Below are positions 53,144-64,000 of a stretch of 64,000 nt of DNA, piece after piece. The stretch lies in assembly GCA_951406725.2 (NCBI GenBank), contig OX597817.1:67332001-67396000 (forward strand), read 5' to 3'. Position numbers and translations under genes: made by a program. The notes under the pieces were generated by a model. The model did no database searches. It saw only the letters and a program-made list of their open reading frames with translations, and was not told the DNA's origin. Position 1 is the stretch's first letter, and the number at the start of each line of letters is the position of its first letter. This stretch comes from Octopus vulgaris (taxonomy: Eukaryota).

Positions 53144-53284
53144 CATAAGGGACTAAAGCCATCTGAATATGGCTAGGGACAGGGCAGGGTGGTGGGGGTG
53201 TTACTGTTGCATTTAGCCCCAGACACCCCCACCACCCTGCCCTGTCCCTAGCCATATTCAGATGGCTTTAGTCCCTTATGTTAT
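53140..53284. repeat. Perfect 62-bp inverted repeat with 21-nt spacer
   Basis: Arms 53140-53201 and 53223-53284. Confidence 0.93.
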
Positions 53285-53323
53285 CGAGCAGTTACTGTCT
53301 ATATCTCTTTTAGAATTATTAGA

Positions 53324-53389
<66 letters not shown>

Positions 53390-53433
53390 TAAATGTAATT
53401 CTTTTTCCAAATAAACTGCAGTTCACATTTCAG

Positions 53434-53512
53434 GCTCTGATGAAACAATAAGCTGTTACGCAAGCACCCAACGATGAGTCCACCGCATCTTACTGCAGAA
53501 ACAGCTGAAAGT
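53434..53512 (+). ncRNA. Decayed Penelope-type hammerhead
   Basis: CTGATGA 53437-53443 ... GAAACAGCTG-AA; the GTH triplet is lost and stem II is degenerate. Confidence 0.45.
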
Positions 53513-54939
53513 TCATATGATAATCGTTTAGTTCTTTGTAACATAGCGGACCTGTGCTAAAATGTGTTCAAGCCAATTTCTTCCCACACTAGTAATGATG
53601 TATGTAGAACTACATTATACAGTGTCTCTTCTTTTAAAGACATTAAGAATGTGCTTTGATGAAAATTTCTCTCTGTTCAAACGACTGCCAAGATATTCCC
53701 TTTTTCTACAGCTTTTTTTTGTCTTTTGCTTTTGTTTTTTCTTTTGTAGTTTTCTTGAATCTGTCAGAATTGAATTTCGAACGAGATTCGCAAGATTTCA
53801 ACAGAAGATCACGTGATACTAGCCATATATTCAACAAGTTATTGGTCGCTATGTAGTCGTTCGATTTACTAGAAATCGGAGCTAAATCATTCTCAAATCA
53901 CTCTCTTTTATCTTAAAGGAAGATTTCATTTATGTAGCTCTAGCTCTTGATTTAGAATGACTGGTCTTCAAGAATGGTTCTCTGTTCCTCCTTTTTTTCT
54001 CTTCTTTTTTGTTCATGGTTCATTTCTGACGATATTGTATTTTACTTTTCATACGTTGATTAATTATCCTGCGCTAATTTGGCAAAAATTTCCTCTTTTA
54101 CATAAATAAAAGAAAAGCAAAATCAAGGTGTTCGGAAAAATGTGTTCTTATCGACTGATTATTCAAGCGTTTCCGGTATCAACACGTTTCTTTCAACATC
54201 TTGATTTTTTCTTTCTCTTATTTGAAAAGGAGACTTTTTCTCAAAATATTAAAGGATCATTCAGCAGCCCATGTAAGGTAATGCAATATCTTTTTTCTAT
54301 TTTTCATTCATTGACATCACCTTTCATATTTTGCCTAACTCCTAAGTTGCATTGCTCAAAGATTTTTGTAAACACCTCATTGCAAAAACTTAAAGCAAAT
54401 CACAATACTAGTTTTATAATGTATCTTTTATTCTATTTCAGAAAAATTCTTAGAAACACAAGATATATAGCAACAATAAATGTTCTTATAACTAGCACTG
54501 TAGTTAGTGTGAGGCTTGTGTTTGATATAAATTCACAAGGCTTTTTTTCACTAGCGTCATTGGTTACACATTAAGATCACTTATCTTTACAATATCGGGT
54601 GGTTGCGAGATTTTGACTGGAGGAAGTCACCCAGTTAAAATCAGATTCAAAAAGTAAAGAAGCTGGAAAGACAATACATACAATTTTACTTTCTTTCAGA
54701 TTAGTGGAATTTTCTCGCAATTTAAGTACATAAATTGTTTACCGTGCTGGTATCTAACTGGGCCTTTTGATTACTCTGTAATTTATTAAGGCTTTGCTGT
54801 AACCTAGTGTCTATACCTGTTGCATTTTCTTTTAATGAATCTACCTCTAACCTGGAATACTCCCTCTATCCACCTTATCCGCCCACTATTCCTGAGAGGG
54901 ATGTAGGTATAGAATCCTCACATACTTTCTCAAGAGTCT

Positions 54940-55215
54940 TATCAGAAGAAACAATCTTTACACTTTTCGGTTGGATTCCCAAGCATGACCAACTGAAACT
55001 ATGGATATCATCCAAGTATCACGTTGTTGGTTTATCCCTAGATCTCTTGCCCTTCGGCTAAGTTTGAAGACTCTGTCTTGTGATTCTTTCTTCCGATATT
55101 GTAATCACATGACCGTAATACTGGAGCTGTGACCTCTCAATGCAGAGTAGCTGCTTGAGCTCGAGAGACTCCCTAATCTCCGAGCTATCTGCCCTGTCGA
55201 GTAACGTTAGTGCAG
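54940..55215 (-). pseudogene. RTE-clade LINE 3' fragment
   Basis: LLDRADSSEIRESL...IERSQLQYYGHV..ERITRQ...GKRSRDKP...YLDDI. Confidence 0.75.
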
Positions 55216-56621
55216 GGATCATCACCTCTAAATCGTGGAATCGAACTGTCATATCAGTGTATATATATGGTTCAAATGCTTGACTTATCTATACAGATAA
55301 CTTATTATCTTGAAGCTCCATGTCATTGGTAACCCATAACTATTATTTCCATTATATCTCTCTTAATTTCTTTTAATTCACTCCAGATAACTTCTATGGT
55401 GTTTTTTGTTGACAGAGTTTGAATATAGCTTGTTATATCATCATTGGACCTACAGAATACGTTTTGGTGTAACTGACAATAACCCATCTCATAAGATAAC
55501 AAAATGCAATGATTATTATTTCATAGCTATATACGCTCTTTAAACAGTTACTAAATTAAATGTTTCTGGGTTTTATGTGTTCCAATATTATCTTATTGAA
55601 TAGTAAAATAGGAATAAAGCATTGACAAATAAGGTAGAAAAACAAAAATAAAATGGCCGGAGATTAGTAACTATATGAAGTCTTGTGCAGCATTATTCTA
55701 TTCTACGGCTTTCGCCAAATATTCTTTTATTTTTTACCGAGTTTAGTCATTGGCTACGCTGGAGCACCGCCTGGAAGTGTTTAGCCGAACAATTAAAGCT
55801 AAGTCCTTATTATAAGTCTGGTACTTTTCTATCGGTCTACTTTTCTATCGGTCTACTGAACTGCTAACTCTTATCATGCAGTGGTAGAGAGACAAACACA
55901 ACACACACATACACAGCGGGTTTCCACACAGTTTTCGTCTACCTAATTCACTCACAATTAGCCTTAGGCTATGGTAGCAGATAAGCAGATACTTACCCAA
56001 GGTGTCGCGCGGTGGAACCAAACCTGGAACCACTTGGTTACAAAGTAAGCTTCTTAAACATACGGCTATGCGTAAAAAATTGTTTAAGATGCTGTTTCAA
56101 TACTTTTGTCTCGTATTTTTAGTAGTTAGCACAGAATAGTAAACAATCGCAATGTACAATATCTGTACTAGTGAAATTAGCTAAAAAAAAAAAGAGAGAG
56201 ATGAGAACTCTGTCGATATGTTCGTCCGGATAACAGTTAAAAATGTATATGGCGTCCAAAAGTCGTATTTTTCACGTGGTTTCGAAAAATTATGGTGTGG
56301 ACCATTTGAGGGAGGAGCATAAGGATCCCAGTTAAGAATCCCTGATCATGAGTTTATATCAGTTCAGATAGCTTTATAAGTCTTAAATAAATAAGAAATT
56401 GAGGTAGCGAGCTTTCACAATCGTTAAGCACGCCGGCCAAATTTTTAGCGGCATTTCATCCACTTTCATATTCTGAGTTAAAATTCCGCCGTGGGTGATA
56501 GTTGGTTTCATCTTTTCGAGTCGATGAAATAAGTACCAGTTGGGCACTGGGGTCGATGTAGTCGACTATCCCACTCCCTGCAAAACTTTCAGACCCTGTG
56601 CCTTTAATAGAAAGAATATAT

Positions 56622-56837
56622 ACTCTTTACTCTTTTACTCTTTTACTTGTTTCAGTCATTTGACTGCGGCCATGCTGGAGCACCGCCTTTAATCGAGCAA
56701 CTCGACCCCGGGACTTATTCTTTGTAAGCCCAGTACTTATTCTATCGGTCTCTTTTGCCGAACCGCTAAGTGACGGGGACGAAAACACACCAGCATCGGT
56801 TGTCAAGCAATGCTAGGGGGCAAACACAGACACACAA

Positions 56838-56897
<60 letters not shown>

Positions 56898-57035
56898 GAC
56901 AGGCTTCTTTCAGTTTCCGTCTACCAAATCCACTCACAAGGCATTGGTCGGCCCGGGGCTATAGCAGAAGACACTTGCCCAAGATGCCACGCAGTGGGAC
57001 TGAACCCGGAACCATGTGGTTGGTTAGCAAGCTAT
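56622..57035 (-). mobile_element. SINE family B
   Basis: Near-identical to 32351-32763, missing the extreme head. Confidence 0.9.
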
Positions 57036-57515
57036 TGAGAATATTAATTTTGAAAGAGTTGTGTAGCTTTGTTTTAATATTTTTCTGTGTATGTGTCTGA
57101 ACATGGCGCATGTACGTGCGCGCGTATGTACGCATGTGCGCCTGTGTGTCTATTTATGTGTGTGTACGTACTATTGTTGCAGCATGGATTTATCATGGGT
57201 TCAACAAAGACATCTTGTCAGTCACGAGGTTCCGAGTTCAATACAGCTACGTGACGCATCTTGACCTTCTACTAGACCCAAGCCCTGTGAGTCATACCGG
57301 GTTAAGGAAACTGTAATGAAACTCGATGGACAGATTATATTAGTAATATAAAAGTCCATATTTGTCACCTGAAACGCTGATTGTGTCCGAGATTTACATT
57401 AAAGATAGACGCGACTGTAAAATAGCTAGCCACTTACAGATTGGTTCACTGAACAGGTAGTTCAGTTTTCGGACAACTAGATACTCATCGTCGAAACCGA
57501 CGAAGATCCATTTAA

Positions 57516-58100
57516 GTGTGTACGTGTGTGCATATGTGTGTATTTGTCTTTGTATTAGTGTTGTTATTGTATGTGTGCAAGTGATTGAGTGTGTACGTAC
57601 GTATGAGTATGATGAGCGTGTGTGTGTGTGTGTGTGTGTGTGTGCATGTATGTGTATCGAACGTGTGTATGCGAATGAATGAATATATGAGTGTAGTCTC
57701 GTGTGTGTATGCGTGTGAGTGTGCACGTATGTATATGTGTGTTAGTAAGTGCGTGAGTTCGTGTTTATGTGCGTGTGTGTGAGTGTTTGTGCTTGTGTAT
57801 CTGCGTTCGCACGTATGTACCTGCATATGTATGTTTGCATGTGTGTGCGCGAATGTAGTTGTGTGTGTGTGTATGTACGTGAGTGTATATGTGTATGTGT
57901 ATGTGTGTGTGTGTGTATGTACGTGAGTGTATGTGTGTGTGTATGTGTGTGTGTGTATGCGTGTGTGTGTGTGCATATGTGTGTGTGTATGTACGTGAGT
58001 GTATGTGTGTGTGTGTGTGTATGTACGTGAGTGTATGTGTGTGTATGTGTGTGTGTGTGTATGCGTGTGTGTGTATGCATATGTGTGTGTATGTACGTGA

Positions 58101-58180
<80 letters not shown>

Positions 58181-58200
58181 ATGTGTGTGTGTGTATGCGA
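57516..58200. repeat. Degenerate (TG)n tract with recurring gtatgtacgtgagtgtatg sub-units
   Basis: Directly visible. Confidence 0.9.
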
Positions 58201-59814
58201 GCGCGCGTACGCATGTATAAGAAGCACTTTCTCCAAGTGCTCCTGTTGATAATTTCTCCGCCGCTATCAACTTTTTAAAGCTACATCTACAAATGCTCCA
58301 TGACCTATTCCCTCGATAATCTCTTTGCCTCCTGGATTCTTAAATGCTACAAGCACAACAACAGCAATAGCAATAAATAACAGCGGCAGCAGCAGCCCAA
58401 CCTACTTGGTCCCGCCCTCTCGTGGCGTCGAGTTAAGAGGAGCAAAATTTCACCAATATTTACTGTTGTACGCGTTATTGTTGTTTTTGTTCGTTGATGT
58501 TGTTGTTGTTATTGTTGTTGCCGCTGCTGCTCTTTAACTCTGTGTCTGTTCTTGTCTGGTCGAGCAATCTTATATATCAAAGGTTTTCCTTCCATGACAA
58601 CCACATCTAATTTATTTAGAACTGTATCATTGTCCAATGTATCTTACCTTCTTTTATGAGGTGCAGTACGATTTGAGGGGGACTAGGCTGCTATTTCCAG
58701 CTGGTCGTTCGAACGCGCAGATGTTGTTTTTGTTTTTGTTAAGATTGTTGTCGTTGTCAAGCCTGTTGCTGTCGTTTAAGATGTTGATGCTACTAAGAAT
58801 GTCATTGCTACAAAAGATGTATTTCCTTTTAAGGGTTATGACTTTGCTGTCGTCGACGTTGTAGTTAAAACTGGTCTTTAGCCCCAGGCCAGCTCTCAAT
58901 AGACAGACCCGTGTTCAAAGATGATTTAGCTATGGCTATCCTACCATTTTTGCATATCAAGGACTACATTATCCCAAGTACGCATCATATAAGGGTGGTG
59001 TAATTTTCATAAAGATTTAACTGCTACTTCTAGCATACTGATCGACCACACATATGTTCTCTATTTGGCTCGTGGATCCCTCTGTATGTAGGGATGGTAG
59101 AACAGTTTTCGAGAGAAACTGGGTCAAGAAGATACTAATGCTATTTTTAAAAGCTTCGTGGTTGCGAATAGGTTAATAGTGAGGCATGGCAAATACAAGG
59201 ACATCTACTTTACTTCTTAAATACACTCTTCTGTCATTTTCAGGTCCTTTATATTTTTTTGTTTGCACTTCCTTTCCTTCTTAACGCGTGATTTTCGTTT
59301 ATAAACTAACGTATGTCTTCAGACATGTTTGTTGGCGGTGGTATATATAAATTTCCGTGCAGTCACACTCATACATATGTATACACATGTATACTTATTT
59401 ACATGCCTTTGTATGTATATATACATATGTACGTACACACGTACATGCGTACATAGGTAAACACGTATATACGTGTGTGTGTGTGTGTATGTGTGTGTAT
59501 GTTTGTAAACAGGTAACCAATTAAATTACATAGTTACCACCACACACACATAGCGGGCTCTATTGACGTGCACTGAACAGTTTAATATATCCGCATGTAA
59601 ACTACAACAGGCACATACTTTCTATATACATACACGAGTCAATGTAAGAACCTCTATGCGGTCGTTCAGCTTGCTAGAAAAAAAAAGCAACCGTCTTCTT
59701 TTTAAACACACACACACAAACACACACACTAAATCATGTGATCTTAGATACAACACCGTTGCTTCTTATTGGGGTGAGTGGTTCTTCCAGTATAGTACTT
59801 ATTTATAACTCGGT

Positions 59815-60060
59815 GGACGAGACAATAGGAGTATATTTCCCACAGAAGATAGGTCTAGAATCGAGACAACTGAAGAAAGCCACCGAGGAGACAGGCATGG
59901 AAGCTGAATCAAGCTTAAGGTGGCTATGATTCATAAGAGACCGCACACAAAGGCTAGTTCAGTCCTCGCTGCCCCACTCAGACGAAGAGTACAGACTAAG
60001 GGACGAAACGTTTGTGACCCTGTGAAACGTGCGGATGATATGGAAAGATTTCCAACATAT
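59815..60060 (+). mobile_element. Extreme 3' end of a second HERO-like LINE with a decayed permuted hammerhead
   Basis: KIGLESRQLKKATEETGMEAESSLRWL*FIR parallels the HERO C-terminus at ~2890-2975. The UTR has GTCCT/GGGAC-GAAAC, a GTA triplet and CGGATGA. Confidence 0.55.
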
Positions 60061-60289
60061 TAATGGCTTTAGAAAAAGAGCTTGCCATCCCTCCGAGTAG
60101 CGAGTAGCTCCTACAGTTTCTGCGTGGGGCAAACCATCTCCGATGTTTTATTTCATCAACTTTTCAGCCTGGGACAGGAGCCGTTCACCTTTCATTTGAC
60201 ACTCCTAATCTAACAGCTCAGTTACATTTTCTTAGTAACATTTTTTTCTTCTTTTTGTTTTATTTTTATTTTTGTTTGATATGGATCAA

Positions 60290-60520
60290 GAAGCAGTGCT
60301 CATGGCTTTTACAGGCCCTCCAAGATTGGTGAGATGGATGCCATTGATGTTATTCTTGAATCGTTGTAAGTCAATATCTGTAGGAAAAGCACGTGCAGGG
60401 AGGGCGTTCTAAAGGGTCGACAGACATTCTGTGGAGAAAAGACGAGACTAAATGTTTTTAGTTTGGGGCCAGTATTTTAATTTGGGGCCTGGGTGTTGGA
60501 TTCTGTACTTTACTGAATGT
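60290..60520 (-). pseudogene. Jockey/CR1-group LINE C-terminal remnant
   Basis: Minus-strand *NALPARAFPTDIDLQRFKNNIN matches the WNxLP...FK C-terminal motif. Confidence 0.6.
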
Positions 60521-60754
60521 CGGATCTTTTCTGAGTGGTTCTAGCAGCGTATCAGTTATTCTATGATTAGAGGTCGATGGCCCCTTATTCAAAGGGGCCA
60601 TCGACTAGATTTCTAACTCAGAATTAGCTAAACAAATGCTCAGTCACGAATGTGTTGCTCAAAGAACAGGTAGTTCATTTGATCGAGTAACCGGATGCGC
60701 ATCCTCGAAACTGATGAAGATCCATTTAGTGAGAAAGTGTATGTGCGTGCGTGC

Positions 60755-60795
<41 letters not shown>

Positions 60796-61113
60796 TGTGT
60801 GTGTGTGCGTGTGTGTGCGTGTGCTCTATAGCGTCTGGAATAGATTATGCGTAGGAGGAAAGTGTCTTTTTGAAATAAAGTACGTGAAAGAGGGAAAAAA
60901 GAGAGGGAGAGAGTGAGAGAAAGAGAGAGAGAGAGAGAGACGGAGAGACGGGGAGAGAGAAGGTGGTGGGGAAGAGAATAAAGAAAAGACAAGGTAAAGA
61001 GAAAGATTATACTATTTGATAAAAGAAACGAGTGAATATGAGATTGAAAATGAGCCTTTGCAACGTGTGTGTGTATGTGAGCGCATGTACGTGTAAGTAT
61101 TCATTGAATGCGC

Positions 61114-61178
<65 letters not shown>

Positions 61179-61434
61179 AATATATATATATGCCACACAC
61201 ACACACACATATATATATGTACGTACACACATATATATATATGTATTTCTCCGTGTGACGATGAAGAGAGAAAGACAGAGACAGAGTGAGAGTGAGAGAG
61301 AGAGAGAGAAAGAGGGAAAAGAAAAAAGAAAGAAAGAAAGAAAGAGGTTGAGTGTGTTTGGCAGGATGAGGAGAAAAGAGAAAGTCACACGTTACTTTAA
61401 TTTATGGAATCCGTTAGTCAACTACTGTGTGTGT

Positions 61435-61471
<37 letters not shown>

Positions 61472-62569
61472 TGTGTGTCTGTGTGTGTGTGTGTCTGTGT
61501 GTGTGAGAGAGAGATATGTGTAAATATTCGTTGGTAACGAAAAGTGGACCCCGCCCCACTCCACAAGTTAAATTCGTTTTTTTTTCCCTTGCCAGAAGTT
61601 TTTTTTTCCCCTAATCACATATACGAAACCCTGCCGCTCAGAAGTCTTATCGAGGTCAAAATTGTGACACATAGAGCCTTAAAAGAAATAGAAAATTGTA
61701 AAATTAAAAATATAAAAATGGAAATATATTCCGTTAGATCTGACCTTGTGATCCCAGTCGGGGTTTAAAAAAACCATATTCCGTCTGCATATATCACAAC
61801 GATGTTTTATGGGGGGTTTTTTCTTCTCTATTGAAGACCTGTTGCATAATTTGTGTTACTGATCTAAGGTTGGACAGGTTAGCAATTAGGTTAACAGAAG
61901 AATAATATTTATATCTATAACTCGGTGGGAATTCGGCGATGAACACCGGTTAGGTGAAACGAATGTCATATTTATTATATTATGAATACAACATAATAAA
62001 GCCGTGTATTTTGTGTGAATCGCTGAAGACCTACATCATAGCATTATTGCAATCGAAGCGCCAGTGGGTCGTTTCCTAATAGCACAAATGCCCTGTGTAC
62101 ATGGCAAATATAGTTAATTTGTGGCTCGGGTGTGGTTGTGTGGTTAAGGAGTTCACGTCTCAACCATGTAGTTCTCATTGGTTCTCATTGCACGGTAGTT
62201 GTTTTCCACAGTAGTTTCCGGTTGACAGTGGTGTAGCTAGAGTATGTACTGCTTGGGTCAGTCCTTCATTTTCCTGTCCCTCGAGCTTCTTAGTCTATGG
62301 AGGCTTATGCAGCAGACCCAAAAGTGGAGCCTCCATAAAAGTGTCACCTATTCATGCTTCTGAAAGATAGGCAGAAATTGAATTCGATTGCCCCGTGACT
62401 CAGCTGCCACGCCACCGCAATCTTCTAAAGTTTTCTGGATGCTAAAAACTCAAGTAAAAAGACAATGAAATTCAGTTTATGTAAATAATATTTTCTACTC
62501 TAGGCACAAGGCCCGAGAGTTTTAGGGAAGCGTGAGCAGTCGATTAGATCGACCCCAGTATGCAACTGG

Positions 62570-63118
62570 GGGAAGACTTCTGCCCGTCCCCCCACTATTT
62601 TCTCCCAAATTTGTTTATTCTTAAAATTTTCTTTGCCCAAAACCCACGTATTCGGATACGGAGGTTCCGGAAAATTGCCAAATTAGTTAAATTTTACCCC
62701 AACCTCACCCACTTCTCCAAAATTCTTCAATTTTGACTTTTTTTCCCAACACTAACCCTAACCCTAAAACCGTAACCTTAACCCTAAAACCGTAACCCTA
62801 ACTCTAAGACCGTAACCATAACCGTAACCCTAACCCTAAAACCCTAATCCTAACCGTAACTACAGAACTGTTTTGACATTTTTGTCTGAATCATAATGTC
62901 CATATTTTTCCGCATATTTTGAGAAAAAAAATTTCTGAAAAAAGTTAAAAAATGAAGGAAATACGGGTGGGGGTGGTAATTTAAAAATGCTGATTTTTGC
63001 CAATTTTTTTGCAGATTAGTATTCCCCGTAGCCGAAAAGGGGCAGGGTTGTGTCGAAAAAAGAAATATTTAGAAAAAGGAAAGGATGGTTGGGGGTGGGA
63101 ACGGGCGGAAGTCTTGCC
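62570..63118. mobile_element. MITE with GG-start TIRs, 8-bp TSD and internal telomere-like repeats (Merlin-like), nested in a SINE C
   Basis: TSD GCAACTGG at 62562-62569 and 63119-63126. TIR GG(G/C)AAGACTTC(T/C)GCCCGT. (CCCTAA/CCGTAA)n at ~62752-62860. Confidence 0.85.
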
Positions 63119-63300
63119 GCAACTGGTACTTAATTATCGACCCCAAAAGGATAAAAGACAAAATTGACCACGGTGGAATTTAAAGTTTACGTAAATAATA
63201 CTCTGCAATTGTATTCCTTACGTTTTTCTTATGTTGACAAACTAAGAAGTTTAAATAAGTAAACACACACATAGATATGATATATATATATATATATATA

Positions 63301-63345
63301 TGGCGGTGCCCCAGCATGGCCACAGCTCATAAGCTGAAACTAGAA
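63301..63345 (+). mobile_element. Isolated CR1-type/SINE 3' tail inserted in (TA)n
   Basis: GGCGGTGCCCCAGCATGGCCACAGCTCATAAGCTGAAAC has the same architecture as the tails at 49374-49421 and in SINE B. Confidence 0.65.
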
Positions 63346-63521
63346 TCAATCAATCATATATATATATAAAGGAAATGAAGAAAATGCTGACAAAATAATT
63401 TAAGTAAGGGAGAGTGTATTTAATTAAGTGAAAGTTCTTTTTACCGGTTGCGCATTTGTTATGCTTATCAAAAGATATTTTTTTAAGAGAGATAGAGTTC
63501 CTTTCTGATAGATTTTTTTCT

Positions 63522-63598
<77 letters not shown>

Positions 63599-64000
63599 GT
63601 GTGTGTGTGTGTGTAACTTCTGACCGATATATAACGATGAAGAATGGGAAATTAGAAGACCGAAAAACCGGTGCTCTCCGAATGATATCCCTTACGATTT
63701 AGTCTTGCATCGAATTAGAAGCTCTCCCTTGTCACTCTCACGCCTCGAAATTCAATGAACCATTTATTAACCCTCCTGAAATATGTAAGAAATGATGTTA
63801 ATGTTTAGCAATTAGGATACATAAAGGATAAAAAAAAGACGAGTGCGATCGTTAATATAGTCTTAGATACATTTGGGTGGGGAAAAGGCATGATAGTCTC
63901 GGCTGGAGAGTCATAGATATCGTAGATCAGCTCCATAAGTGCAAGCCTGGGATTAAGAAACAACAGCAACTACTACTACTATATTCCAGCCTTCAGCAAA

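Noticed and set aside
60700-60725. GAAA-CTGATGA hammerhead-like words
   Set aside because: No supporting stems; it is a decayed SINE A tail, and the homologue at ~57490 reads gaaaccgacga.
62226-62417. hAT-like MITE (cagtggtgtagc...gccacgccaccg)
   Set aside because: The TIR is degenerate and there is no matching 8-bp TSD.
62752-62860. True telomere
   Set aside because: Short, degenerate and internal to a TIR element.

Overview
AT-rich animal genomic DNA saturated with microsatellites. It is most likely from a coleoid cephalopod (Octopus-like); this is inferred from the tRNA-derived SINE families and an 18S rRNA fragment with a large GC-rich V7 expansion. I found no host protein-coding exon I can support, and nearly all listed ORFs are read-throughs of simple repeats. 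The window is made of transposon remains: several tRNA-derived SINE families, CR1-, RTE- and HERO-type LINE fragments, an ORF1-only Tx1/L1-like insertion, Penelope-like elements (RT and GIY-YIG fragments, inverted termini, insertion into (TA)n), a three-copy tandem array of a non-autonomous Helitron, mariner, hAT and Merlin-type MITEs, a ~52-bp minisatellite and an 18S pseudogene fragment. The main signal is at the RNA level: the retroelements carry many hammerhead-ribozyme (HHR) motifs. (i) A non-circularly permuted HHR architecture, with segment order II / III'-NUH-I / II'-GAAA-III / I'-CUGANGA plus extra helices, recurs with different stem sequences at 198-328 (+) and 32807-32925 (-), with a decayed copy at 32928-33033 (+) and a simpler version in the 3' UTRs of both HERO fragments. 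(ii) A minimal HHR has a swapped G3-C8 core (GUGAACA) in three copies. (iii) Conventional Penelope-type minimal HHRs are also present. All pairings were derived by eye; no cleavage, expression or database comparison could be tested.
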